A stretch of 64,000 nt of DNA from an uncultured Chloroflexia bacterium (GTDB lineage Bacteria; Chloroflexota; Limnocylindria; Limnocylindrales; CSP1-4): assembly GCA_963806265.1 (NCBI GenBank), contig CAWDXT010000022.1:5816-69815 (forward strand), read 5' to 3'. The notes beneath the pieces are model-generated. The model was given only the letters and a program-made list of their open reading frames with translations. It was not told the origin of the DNA and ran no database searches. Positions 53,861 to 63,718 of this stretch are shown piece by piece. A program made the translations under genes and the position numbers. Position 1 is the first letter of the stretch. Each line of letters opens with the position of its first letter.

Positions 53861-54555
53861 CCCAGCTGCAGGCGTACGAGGATGACCCCCACGCCGACGA
53901 CGGTGCCCGCCGTGACCACGAGCAGCGAACGCATGCCCACCGTCCCGGGCAGGACCAGGCCGTCGGTCATCGAGCCCGGCAGCGCGCGCACGATGGCCAG
54001 CCCCACGAAGCCCGAGATGATCTTGTCGCCCAGGGACGTCAGGACGCTCGCCGTGAGCACCGCCTCCCGGAGCGCGTCACCGGCCTGGGTCAGCGCGGCC
54101 GTGATCGCGTCCGATGCGTGACCGGTCGTGCCGCCGAACACCACCAGCGCGATCAGCCCGCCCGCGGCTCCGGTCGCGACTCCGACGGCGGCGTTGAGCC
54201 CGAAGTAGGTGTAGGGGTTCCGACCCAGCAGGAGCGACCGCACGCCATAGCCCCACATGAGCGCAGCAAGGGCGTTGGCCAGCCCGAACGGGATGTTGGT
54301 CGGGCCGAAGTACACGGCACCACCGATGTTGGCGAGCACACCGGCCAGCGCACCCCACCAGGGTCCCAGCACGATGGCGGCGACGCAGGTGCCGATCGTG
54401 TCGAGGTACGTCGGCAGGCCGAGCAGGCTGTTGAGCATGCCACCCACGATGTCGAGGGCGGCGGCCGCCGGCACGAGCGTGACGATCAGGGTGGTCGAGA
54501 GCGGCATCGACGATGCCGGCGGTGACACCACGGGGCCGGGACTGGAAGCAGCCAT
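53857..54555 (-). CDS. ECF transporter substrate-specific (S) component, substrate unknown
   Basis: About 6 TM helices (MPLSTTLIVTLVPAAAALDIVGGMLNSLLGLPTYLDTIGTCVAAIVLGPWWGALAG...). A GGAGGA RBS favours the start at 54555. Confidence 0.65.
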   Translation of the reverse strand: MAASSPGPVVSPPASSMPLSTTLIVTLVPAAAALDIVGGMLNSLLGLPTYLDTIGTCVAAIVLGPWWGALAGVLANIGGAVYFGPTNIPFGLANALAALMWGYGVRSLLLGRNPYTYFGLNAAVGVATGAAGGLIALVVFGGTTGHASDAITAALTQAGDALREAVLTASVLTSLGDKIISGFVGLAIVRALPGSMTDGLVLPGTVGMRSLLVVTAGTVVGVGVILVRLQLG

Positions 54556-54680
54556 CGGGTCCTCCGTATCCCACACACGCTCGCCCGCTCGGGGCGCATC
54601 AAGACGGTAGACGATCGCCGCGGCTGTCGTAGTCTGTGCGCACCAATCTCGACTGTGATCAAAACGCGTTGGAGCCACAC

Positions 54681-55755
54681 ATGAGCGACCGCTGCGCCCT
54701 CCTCGTCGGTACGCCCAAGGGGGCCTTCATCCTCGACGGTGACCCGGACCGCCGGGACTGGCGACTTCGCGGTCCCCTGTGCGAAGGCTGGCCGGTCCAC
54801 GACATCTCCGTGGAGCCTGGCACCGGCGCCCTGCTCGCGGGTGCCGGAAGCCCCTGGTTCGGTCCGGCCGTCTGGCGCAGCGAAGACGTGGGCGAGACCT
54901 GGACCCACTCCAGCGAAGGGTTGACGTACGGCGACGACGGTCCGCCCGTCAAGACCGTGTGGAACGTGACGGCCGCACCGGATGGGACGATCTTCGCCGG
55001 CGTCGAACCGGCGGGTCTGTTCAGGAGCGCGGACCACGGCGCAACCTGGACCCACGTCGAGGGCCTGACCAACCACCCCAGCCGGCCCAGCTGGATGCCC
55101 GGCGCCGGTGGTCTCATCCTCCACTCCATCGTCCCCCACCCCACCGACCCGGCTCGCGTCTGGGTCGGGATCTCGTCGGTCGGCGCGTTCGAGACGCGCG
55201 ACGGGGGCGCGACCTGGGCGACCCGCAATCGCGGCGTCCGGGCCGAGTTCTCGCCCGAGCGCTACCCCGAGTTCGGCCAGTGCGTCCACAAGCTCGTGAT
55301 GGCGGCCGATGGTGGTGAGCACCTCTACCAGCAGAACCACTGCGGGGTGTACCGCTCTCACGATGGTGGCGAGCAGTGGGAGGAGATCACCGGCTCGCTT
55401 CCCACCGACTTCGGCTTTCCCATGGCAGCCCATCCGCGGGATCCACTGACCGTGTGGACCGATCCCGCTCAACGGAGCCGACCGTGGGCGCTTCGTCCCC
55501 GAAGGACGGATGGCCGTCTGGCGAACCGGCGACGGCGGGGACTCATGGGTCCGGTCGGGCGATGGCCTGCCCCAGGAGAACGCCTTCGTGGGCGTGCTGC
55601 GCGAGGCGATGGCCGTGGATCGGCTCGATCCGGTGGGCGTGTACTTCGGGACCAGCACCGGCCAGCTGTACGGCAGCCGCGATGAGGGACGAACCTGGTC
55701 CCTGATCGCCGACCACCTGCCGGCGATCTGGTCGGTGGATGCGTTCGTTGCCTGA
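54681..55755 (+). CDS. BNR/Asp-box repeat beta-propeller protein (sialidase-fold, Ycf48-like), one frameshift near 55460
   Basis: Repeated S/AxDxGxTW motifs (SEDVGETWTH, SADHGATWTH, TRDGGATWAT, SHDGGEQWEE, TGDGGDSWVR, SRDEGRTWSL). The last two blades are in ORF 55510..55755. Confidence 0.7.
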
Positions 55756-56059
55756 GCCCGCGGAGGCGACGCGCGCCGCGACGGACGCCGGACCCCGCGC
55801 CGTCGTCCACCTCCCGCGCGCCCTGGTTGCCCTGTTCCCGGGCACGGAACGCCGCCTGGAGGCGCACGGGGGAACGGTGGCCGAGATCATCGACGACCTC
55901 GATCACCAGGTGCCCGGTCTCGCGAATCGCGTGCTCGACGCCGGACCAACGATCCGGACGCACCTCAACGTGTTCGTGGCCGGCGATCGCGCGACGCTCC
56001 AGACGCCGATCCCCGCCAACGCCGACATCCACATCATCCCGGCCGTGTCCGGCGGCTGA
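55739..56059 (+). CDS. MoaD/ThiS/CysO-like ubiquitin-fold sulfur-carrier protein (C-terminal Gly-Gly)
   Basis: It ends ...ADIHIIPAVSGG*, the hallmark of sulfur-carrier proteins. It overlaps the 3' end of the BNR gene. The true start may be the downstream GTG (VVHLPRALVALFPG..., about 85 aa). Confidence 0.6.
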   Translation: MRSLPEPAEATRAATDAGPRAVVHLPRALVALFPGTERRLEAHGGTVAEIIDDLDHQVPGLANRVLDAGPTIRTHLNVFVAGDRATLQTPIPANADIHIIPAVSGG

Positions 56060-56462
56060 CGGGCTGCCCGAGCCCCGCCAGGCACATTGACGGCCCCGGC
56101 CGCCCGGCCCGCAGCGGCCGGCCGCTCCCCACGCATCAAGGGCGGCAGTCGAGGGCGCGACAGCGGTTGCGGAGCGTCGGATAATGGGCGCAGGTACCGC
56201 TGCTCCACGCGGACACGGACCTCGGAAGGTAGCCGGATTCATGGCGATGCGAACGGCCTCAAGGCACGGCTTGCGACGGCGATGGCTCGAGCCACGCCGG
56301 TTGACGGCGAGCGAAGACGCATCGCGCGGAGCCTCGAACGAGGCGACCCGGCCGCGTGCGGGCAACATCTCGAGCGACACTCGGGCCGGCAGCTGAGGGC
56401 GGTTGGGCCGATGGCCCGCCGCCGAACCACGGGGCCGGCCGATGCGACTGGCCCCGGAACAA

Positions 56463-56497
56463 CCTGGACGGCCGTTGTCCGCGTGGACAACGGCCTC
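56463..56497. terminator. Hairpin gacggccgttgtcc-gcgt-ggacaacggcctc immediately after the minus-strand MFS stop
   Basis: 13/14-bp stem, 2 bp beyond the stop at 56499. Confidence 0.35.
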
Positions 56498-56498
56498 G

Positions 56499-57767
56499 TC
56501 ATGTCCGGAGCGTTCCCTCCCTGTCGTGCGTGCTGCCCCCGTCGGACAGGCGGAGGCGTTGCGGCGTCAGCGTCGCGACAAGCGGCAGCATGGCCAGCGC
56601 GACGACCACCAGGACCCACAGGCTGACCGAGAAGCTGCCGGTCAGGTCGCGGGCAGCGCCGAGCACGAAGGGACCGGCCGACGCCATCGGATAGCCGATC
56701 AGGAACATCAGCGACGCGATCGCACCGACCGCGCGCGGGTCGTGGCTGATGTCGGTGGGGAGGGTCAGCACCAGGGTGAACGTCGCGCCCAGGCCCAGGC
56801 CGAGCGCGACGGCCCACACGATCGCCGCAGCAGGAACCGTGACCGTCCCCAGCAGGCCGACCAGGGCGCTCACCGCGGCGAACCCGAGCATCATGCGGCG
56901 CGACAGACCCACGGCGGATCCGGCCGGCACCAGGAGGGTCGCGACCAGGCTGGCGAGGTACACGATCGACAGCAGCACGGCCGCGCCGGATTCGTCCCAC
57001 CCTCGCTCGACGAAGGCGCTCGGCAACCAGGCCGTCGCGCCGTAGAACAGCCACGACTGGAGCCCGAACAGGGCACCGATGATCCACGCGATGGGCTGCC
57101 GGATCGGCAGGCGATGCACGGCGTCGCCCAGCCCATGCCCACCCACCGACGATCCGGCCCCGGGTGCCATCCCGACCTGCACCCGGGCTCCTCGGCCACG
57201 GCCGAGGAGCAGCCAGCCCAGCAGCACCACGACCGAGCCCATGGTCAGGGCCACCAGGGCGCCTCGCCAGCCGCCCAGCGCGGTGGCCCATGGAACCGCC
57301 ACGGCCGTCGCCAGCGCCGCACCGATGGTCGTGCCGCTGGCGTACGCGGAGGTGCCCACGACGCGGCCCGACGGCATCCGCTCGCGGATGTACATGGCCA
57401 GCATGGGCCCGGTCATCGCCGTTCCGATGCCGACCACGACGGTCAGCCCCAGGACGAGCCCGACACCGGGGGCGAGGGCGCGTGCCAGCCCGCCGGCGAG
57501 CAGCACGCCGACGCTCGCCGCGATCCCCGCCCAGGTCCCGAAGCGGTGTCCCAGCCGGGGCCCCAGCGGAGCGAACAGGCCCATGCACAGCACGGGGATC
57601 GTCGTGAGCAGCCCCACGATCGCGTGCGGGACACCGAGGTCGGTCACGATGTCCGGCGCGAGGGGCCCGATGGCGGCGATCTGCGGGCGGAGCGAGAGCG
57701 CCACGATCAGCAGCGCCGCCAGCAACGTGACCGGGACTCGTTCCGTCTTCTCCCGCTTGCCGGTCAA
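56499..57767 (-). CDS. MFS transporter (CynX/NimT-like 12-TMS)
   Basis: Intact 422 aa with 12 predicted TM helices (...LLAALLIVALSLRPQIAAIGPLAPDIVTDLG...). Confidence 0.8.
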   Translation of the reverse strand: MTGKREKTERVPVTLLAALLIVALSLRPQIAAIGPLAPDIVTDLGVPHAIVGLLTTIPVLCMGLFAPLGPRLGHRFGTWAGIAASVGVLLAGGLARALAPGVGLVLGLTVVVGIGTAMTGPMLAMYIRERMPSGRVVGTSAYASGTTIGAALATAVAVPWATALGGWRGALVALTMGSVVVLLGWLLLGRGRGARVQVGMAPGAGSSVGGHGLGDAVHRLPIRQPIAWIIGALFGLQSWLFYGATAWLPSAFVERGWDESGAAVLLSIVYLASLVATLLVPAGSAVGLSRRMMLGFAAVSALVGLLGTVTVPAAAIVWAVALGLGLGATFTLVLTLPTDISHDPRAVGAIASLMFLIGYPMASAGPFVLGAARDLTGSFSVSLWVLVVVALAMLPLVATLTPQRLRLSDGGSTHDREGTLRT

Positions 57768-58362
57768 CGGACGCCCACCGGCGACAGCGATCCATGGCGG
57801 CCGTTGACGCTGCCGCCTGCCCGCGCCACGATGCCGCCATGCAGGACGATCGCGACGACGTGCCCGATGCCTGGGACGACGAGGGCGACACCGAGCTGGA
57901 TTCCCGTGAGCTGGCCCGCATCCGGCGTCGTGATCACGATGCCGACGCCGAGCAGCACGCCCTGATGCGACCGGGCATGGGCAAGGTGTTCAAGCAGGTC
58001 ACTGACTCGTGGTCAAGAGACGCCTCGCATGATCAGAAACGTGCCCGGAAGGGGGCGCGAGAGGGCCACGATCGGCCACGGTAGCATCGCCGTGCGTGCA
58101 GGCGTGATGGCAGACTGCGGCGACCACGGGCCCGGCCGCGGAAGGCACAGATCGAGGCGCACGGCCGCGCGACGGGATTGGCCGGGTGACCGCTCGATCG
58201 CGACACCCGTCTCGGCCAGGACGCGGGCCGTCCCTGCGCCAGGAGACGCCAGATCCGGACGCCCCCGGCATCCCCGCGACGTGCGATAGCTCGCGTCGCG
58301 GCCGCGAAGACGTGTGCAGGCGCCTTGCTACCGGGTTCCGCGCATCGTCGGGCAGTGACGCC

Positions 58363-60717
58363 TCACTGGCGCGCCATGTGAGCCTGCAGCTCCGCCTCCG
58401 GGTCGACGATGAGATCACCGCTGACGTCCACCACCACCCGCTCGATGCGCCCTGTGAAGGCGAACGGACTCGAGTACTCCGGCGTAACCGGCGACCCGGG
58501 GTTGTGGCCGCAGCTGACGCCGCCCGGGTTGAACATGAATGGCGTCGTGTATGGCGCATCCACGCTGGCAACAAGGGCGCCGTCCAGGTAGAGCTGGAGC
58601 CGGCCCGGGACGCCCCTTCCATGGGGCATGTCGGCCTGGCCTGTCGGCTCGAACTCGAAGCGGAGCTCGTGCTTCCCGGCCGGCACCGGGTCGGGCGAGG
58701 AGACGCTGAACAGCTCCCGGGCAACGTAGTTGTGCACGTAGTGCAGCCTGCCGTCCTTGACGTAGAGCGAGTACCCGCCCGCCGCCGTGCCCTGGCAGAA
58801 CAGGACGCCCTCGGCGCCACCATCGGGGATCTCGACGTATGCCGTGATGCTATGCGGCCGGTTGAACAGGCGCGGCGCGGCGAAGTTCGGGATGGACTGC
58901 GTGCCCGGGCGGTACGTGTAGTGGTCCCGCGGGAGCGGGACGAGCGGCTTCTCGGCGACCATCCGCTGGAGGCCGCTGCCGTCGACCGGCATGACCCCGT
59001 ACTTGCCGGCCTCGACGTACCACGTCCCGATCATGCTCGACCAGCTTGGCGCGGTTCTCGGCGGCAAGGTCGTGGTTCTCCGCCGGGTCCTCGTCGACGT
59101 GGTAGAGCTCCCAACCGGTGGCGTCGAGCTCGGACAGCTTCTCGGCCGTGATCGGGTTGCCGAACCCGGTGCCGGCCTCCGTGAAGGACGGGCCCGGCCA
59201 GGGACACACCGCCCGCCAGCCGTCCTTGTAGATCGCGCGATGGCCGAGCATCTCGAAGTACTGCGTGTGGTGCCGGTCGGGGGCGTTTGGATCATCGAGC
59301 GCGTGGGCAAAGCTCACGCCCTGGATCGGGGCCTGGGTGACCCCGCGGATCGCCGCCGGCGGCTCCAGCCCGAGCAGGTCGAGCACCGTGGGCACCATGT
59401 CGATGATGTGGGCGTACTGGCTGCGGATCTCCCCGCGCGCCTGGGTGCCCGCCGGCCAGGAGACGATGAACGGGTCGGTCGACCCGCCGCGGTAGGTCTC
59501 CCGCTTCCAGCGCCGGAACGGCGTGTTGCCGGCCCAGGTCCAGCCCCACGGGTAGTGGTTGAAGTGGTCGGGGCCACCGATCTCGTCGATGACGGCCAGG
59601 CTCTCCTCGAGCGGTCTCCTGGGCGTTGTTGAAGAACTGGGCCTCGTTGGTCGTTCCGGTCGGGCCGCCCTCGGCGCTGGCGCCGTTGTCCGAGATCACC
59701 ATCACGATGGTGTTGTCGAGGACGTCCGTCTCGCGCAGGAAGTCGAGCAACCGCCCCAGATGATGGTCGGTATGGCTGAGGAAGCCAGCGAAGACCTCCA
59801 TCATGCGGGCCGAGAGCCGGCGCGCCTCGGGCGACAGGGACTCCCATTCGGGCACGTCCGGGTCGTGGCGCGACAGCTCGGCGTCGGCCGGTACGATGCC
59901 GAGCTCCTTCTGGCGCGCGAACACCAGCTCGCGGTAGGCGTCCCAGCCGTCGTCGAACTTGCCCGCGTACTTGTCCGCCCACTCCTTTGCCACGTGGTGC
60001 GGGGCGTGGGTCGCCCCGAAGCAGAGGTGGAGGTAGAACGGCTTGTCGGGATCGATCTGGCGCAGATCGGAGATGAACTCGATCGACTTGTCGACGAGAT
60101 CCTCGGTGAGGTGGTAGCCCTCCTCGGGCGTCCTCGGCGGTTCGACCGGATGGTTGTCGTACACGAGCTCCGGGTACCACTGGCTCGTGTCACCGCCAAG
60201 GAATCCGTAGAAGCGCTGGAAGCCGCGGCCCAGCGGCCAGCGGTCGTAGGGGCCCGCCGCCGTCTCGAACACGCTTGGCGTGAGGTGCCATTTGCCCACC
60301 ATGTAGGTGGCGTATCCGTGCCCGAGCAGCATCTCGGACAGCATGCCGTTCTCGAACGGCATCGCCCCGTTGTAGCCCGGGTAGCCGGTGGCCAGCTCGG
60401 TGATGCAGGCCATCCCGTTGCTGTGGTGATTGCGGCCGGTGACGATGCACGACCGGCTGGGCGAGCACAGCGCCGTCGTGTGCATGTTGTTGAACCTGAG
60501 CCCGCTGCCCGCGAGCGCGTCGAAGTTCGGGGTCTCGATCGGGCTGCCGTAGCAGCCGAGCTGCCCGTAACCGGTGTCATCGAGAACGACGAACAGCACG
60601 TTCGGCGCGCCCTTGGGCGCCCGCGTCGGGCGCCGGCCAGGCAGGGCTCGACTCCTCGGCCGTGCGCCCGATAACGCCAGGGAAGGCAGCTCCCGCGGGA
60701 TACTCGACGATTGGCAT
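58363..60717 (-). CDS. Arylsulfatase paralog (Cys-type), at least 3 frameshifts
   Basis: The N-terminus MPIVEYPAGAAFPGVIGRTAEES follows a GGGAGA RBS. Then (shifted) NVLFVVLDDTGYGQLGCYGSPIETPNFDALA...CSPSRSCIVTGR. Then MVPTVLDLLGLEPPAAIRGVTQAPIQGVSF in ORF 58850..59398. The C-terminal domain is in ORF 58363..59310. Confidence 0.75.
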
Positions 60718-60909
60718 GGCTTTCTCCCGACGTCGTGCCTCTCGGACGCGCCAGATGACGCGGAGCACGTGTCGGGTCGCGATGTCGCCTACCCGTGATG
60801 TCCGCGCCCCGATCCTACTCTCTCGGCGCTGTCGCCGATGGCCCGCCGGCGCACGGGGGAACTCGCGGATGTCCCGACGAGCTCGGGCAGTGCACGGCCC
60901 GGGTCGAGG

Positions 60910-61263
60910 TCAACGAGCGCCCTCGGCCGGGCCGATCGCGGTGAATTGACCGTTCTCGGCGCGAACCATGCGCCGCACGTCGAGCACGGAGCCCGGGTCG
61001 ATCGGACCGTAGATGTGTGGATACCGGCGAACCTCATCGTCGAACCGCCACGGGCTCCCGGTGCGATCGAGATCGACCGTGAGCACCAGCAGCTCACGCG
61101 GATCCGATGCATAGAACCGGTTCGCCACCGCCACCATCTCGTCATCACCATCGGTGCAGTGCACGAACCCGTCCTGCTCCCACCCGGTGGGCAGGTACGG
61201 GTCGCCCGGCCGCCGAGCCAGCCAGACGGTCTCCGGGACGAGATGCAACGTGGGACGGCTCAC
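60910..61263 (-). CDS. DUF952 family protein
   Basis: Intact 117 aa (MSRPTLHLVPETVWLARRPGDPYLPTGWEQDGFVHCTDGD...PHIYGPI). Confidence 0.75.
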   Translation of the reverse strand: MSRPTLHLVPETVWLARRPGDPYLPTGWEQDGFVHCTDGDDEMVAVANRFYASDPRELLVLTVDLDRTGSPWRFDDEVRRYPHIYGPIDPGSVLDVRRMVRAENGQFTAIGPAEGAR

Positions 61264-61276
61264 CCCTCGCGGCCGA

Positions 61277-63226
61277 TCACGAGGCGGCCGGCTGATCCAC
61301 CGACACCCAGCGCCGGTCGAGCGAGAGGTAAATCACGCTAGGGCCTGACGCCGCAAGAGCCGTCCGCAGGACGCCCTCGAATGCAGCGTCGCTCTCGACC
61401 TTCACGCCGCGGGCACCACACGCGCGGGCGACGGCGGCAAAGTCGAGCGCCCCAAGGCTCGTGCCCGGTGACTCGGCGCTGCCGATCTGCGTCTGGGCCG
61501 TGTGGATCATGCCGAACTGCTCGTTGTCGAACACGATGGCGATCACGTGTGCCTCCTCGCGGACCGCAGTCTCGAGCTCGGCCATCGACATCGCCATCCC
61601 GCCATCGCCGACGAGTGCCACCACCCGGCGCTCGCGGTGGACCAGCGCCGCGGCGAGCGCCGCCGGGAACCCGTAGCCCATGGCGCCTGAGGTTGGGCCG
61701 AGGAACGTTCCCGGGCGCCGGAGCTGGAACCCGCGCGCGGCCCAACCCGAGAACGAGCCGGCATCGGTCGTGACGATCGCGTCGTCCGGCAACAGGCGTC
61801 GCAGCTCGGCGACCACGCGACCCGGGTGCACGCCCGGACCGTCCCAGGTACCGCCGTCGACCACCGACGCGGCCTCCCAGGCCGCTCGATCCTCGGCGTT
61901 GTGGGCGTCCCTGGCGGCCACGGGATCGGCCAGCAGGACCGCACCCTTGAGCCGCGCCACCGATGCCCGCAGGAACGCGCGCGCGTCGGCCCGGATCGTC
62001 CGCACCGGCGCCGGGATGTCCCCGACCGGGCCCTCGCGGGGCTCGATGTCAACGTGCGCCCAGACCTGGCCGGGCCCTGGCAGCCGATACCCGTCAGTGG
62101 TCACCTCGTTGAGCCGACAGCCGATGACCAGCAGCGCGTCGGCCGCTGCGATGCGCTCACGGACCGTGGCCGGGCTGCCAAACCCGGTCATCCCCAGATA
62201 CAGCGGATTGTCGTTCGGGATCACATCACCACGGCGCCAGCTGGCGACAACGGGCACGTGGAGCAGCTCCGCGAAGCGCACCAGGTCGTTCGAGCATCGC
62301 GCCCTGAGCACGCCGGCTCCGGCGATGATCAGCGGCCGCTCCGCCGAGGCGAGGAGGTGCAGCACGGCGCGGACGTCGTCCGCCGGCGGCGTGTCCGGAC
62401 GCGGCCGAACGGACGGCACCGTCGTGTCCGGCGGGAGCGCCTCGAGCAGCACGTCTTCGGGGATGGCCAGGAAGGCCGGTCCCGGCCGACCCTCTGCCGT
62501 CGCCCGCACGGCTGCCTCCAGCGTCGCCTCCGAGGTTGCCGCCGAGTCGATGGTTCCGGCCCACTTCGCCAGCCGCCCGACGGTGCCGGCGAGATCGACC
62601 TCCTGGAACGATTCGCGACCCAGCATGGAGCGCTCCACCTGACCGGCGAGCACGAACATCGGCGTCGAGTCCGCCGTCGCGGTATGGATGCCGATGGCCA
62701 TGTTGGCAACGCCCACCGACCTCGAGCCGAGACATGCGGCCGGGCGGCCGGTCAGCTGGCCGTAGGCCTCTGCTGCGAACGCCGCCGCACTCTCGTGGCG
62801 CGTCGCGACGACGCGGATCCCAACCGCGACCATGGCATCGAGCACCGGCAGGAAGCTCTCCCCCGGCACCGTGAACGCCAGGCGAACGCCGGCCGCGCGA
62901 AGCGTGGCGGCGATGAGCTCGGCCACGTTCACGGGCTCCTGCCGGGACGCCGGCTCCGGCACAGCCGGCTCGTCCGTTGAAGTCTCCTCGTCCTGGGACT
63001 CCGCCTCCTCCTGGGACTCCGCCTCGTCCGGGGACTCCGCCTCCTCCTGGGACTCCGCCCACTCGTCCGGGGACTCCGCCTCGTCCGGGGATCCCCCCTC
63101 GTCCTGGGGCTCCGCATGTGCCCCGCCCTGGGGCCGTTCATCCTGCGTCTCGATGGTGTCCGGCGCCGGGTCCGCCTCCGTCACGCCGTCGGTGTCAGGC
63201 TCAGCGGACGGGGGCTGGGGAGTCAT
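61277..63226 (-). CDS. Thiamine-diphosphate-dependent enzyme (acetolactate synthase large-subunit-like) with an acidic Glu/Asp/Pro-rich repeat N-terminus
   Basis: The TPP-enzyme core is from VNVAELIAATLRAAGVRLAFTVPGESFLPVLDAM to ...GDGGMAMSMAELETAV (the GDG TPP-binding motif). The N-terminal ~110 aa are SPDEAESPDEWAESQEEAESPDEAESQEE repeats. A similar acidic ORF 63223..63513 in another frame suggests the low-complexity region may be about 200 aa with a frameshift near 63230. An alternative GTG start just before VNVAEL cannot be excluded. Confidence 0.8.
   Translation of the reverse strand: MTPQPPSAEPDTDGVTEADPAPDTIETQDERPQGGAHAEPQDEGGSPDEAESPDEWAESQEEAESPDEAESQEEAESQDEETSTDEPAVPEPASRQEPVNVAELIAATLRAAGVRLAFTVPGESFLPVLDAMVAVGIRVVATRHESAAAFAAEAYGQLTGRPAACLGSRSVGVANMAIGIHTATADSTPMFVLAGQVERSMLGRESFQEVDLAGTVGRLAKWAGTIDSAATSEATLEAAVRATAEGRPGPAFLAIPEDVLLEALPPDTTVPSVRPRPDTPPADDVRAVLHLLASAERPLIIAGAGVLRARCSNDLVRFAELLHVPVVASWRRGDVIPNDNPLYLGMTGFGSPATVRERIAAADALLVIGCRLNEVTTDGYRLPGPGQVWAHVDIEPREGPVGDIPAPVRTIRADARAFLRASVARLKGAVLLADPVAARDAHNAEDRAAWEAASVVDGGTWDGPGVHPGRVVAELRRLLPDDAIVTTDAGSFSGWAARGFQLRRPGTFLGPTSGAMGYGFPAALAAALVHRERRVVALVGDGGMAMSMAELETAVREEAHVIAIVFDNEQFGMIHTAQTQIGSAESPGTSLGALDFAAVARACGARGVKVESDAAFEGVLRTALAASGPSVIYLSLDRRWVSVDQPAAS
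62990..63110. repeat. 18-bp tandem repeat x6-7 (gactccgcctcStccKgg)
   Basis: It encodes the (A/W)ESPDE/AESQEE hexapeptide repeats at the 5' end of the TPP-enzyme gene. Confidence 0.7.
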
Positions 63227-63718
63227 CGTCTCGGGAGCAGGCTCGGACTCCTCCAGCTCGGGAGCAGGCTCGGACTCGTCGGGCTCGGGAGCGTCGGATC
63301 GTCTCCGGGGCGGCGCCGGACTCCTCGGGCGAAGGGTTGAGGCTGGGGGGCCATCGGCTCAGGCTCCTGCGCCTGCTCCGCGGCGACGAGCGCGGGGTCC
63401 GCCTCGACGCGGACAGCCTCGGGCGGGGAGACCGGCTCGGGCGATGCGTCTGTCTGACCGTCCGTGGACTCGGGGTCCGGGACCTGCGGGGAGACGTCCT
63501 GACGAGGCTCCATGGCGACCTCCTGGTGGCCGGCCGGGACGGCGGTCCGTCCGGGGCCGGGCCAAGCAGCGTGGGTGGACGCGCGACGAGGCGCGGATCA
63601 GTTGCCGACGACGGGCGCGGTGAGCAGCATCGCTGCCAGCATCCCCGCGATCACCAGCACGGCGACCACGAGCATGACGAGTCGAGCGGTGCGACCGGAT
63701 CCAGGCACGTTACGACCC

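Noticed and set aside
54556-54680. 5' leader of the ECF S-component gene inspected for a riboswitch
   Set aside because: No THI-box, FMN, B12, preQ1 or other recognisable conserved core by eye; it needs an Rfam scan.
57794-58084. 96-aa highly charged plus-strand ORF divergent from the MFS gene
   Set aside because: Low complexity (D/R-rich), no family signal, and no convincing RBS; left uncalled.
63598-63690. Possible ~30-aa single-TM peptide (MLVVAVLVIAGMLAAMLLTAPVVGN) between the TPP-enzyme region and yajQ
   Set aside because: Too short, no RBS evaluated, and it lies inside the 75-aa ORF with an R-rich head.
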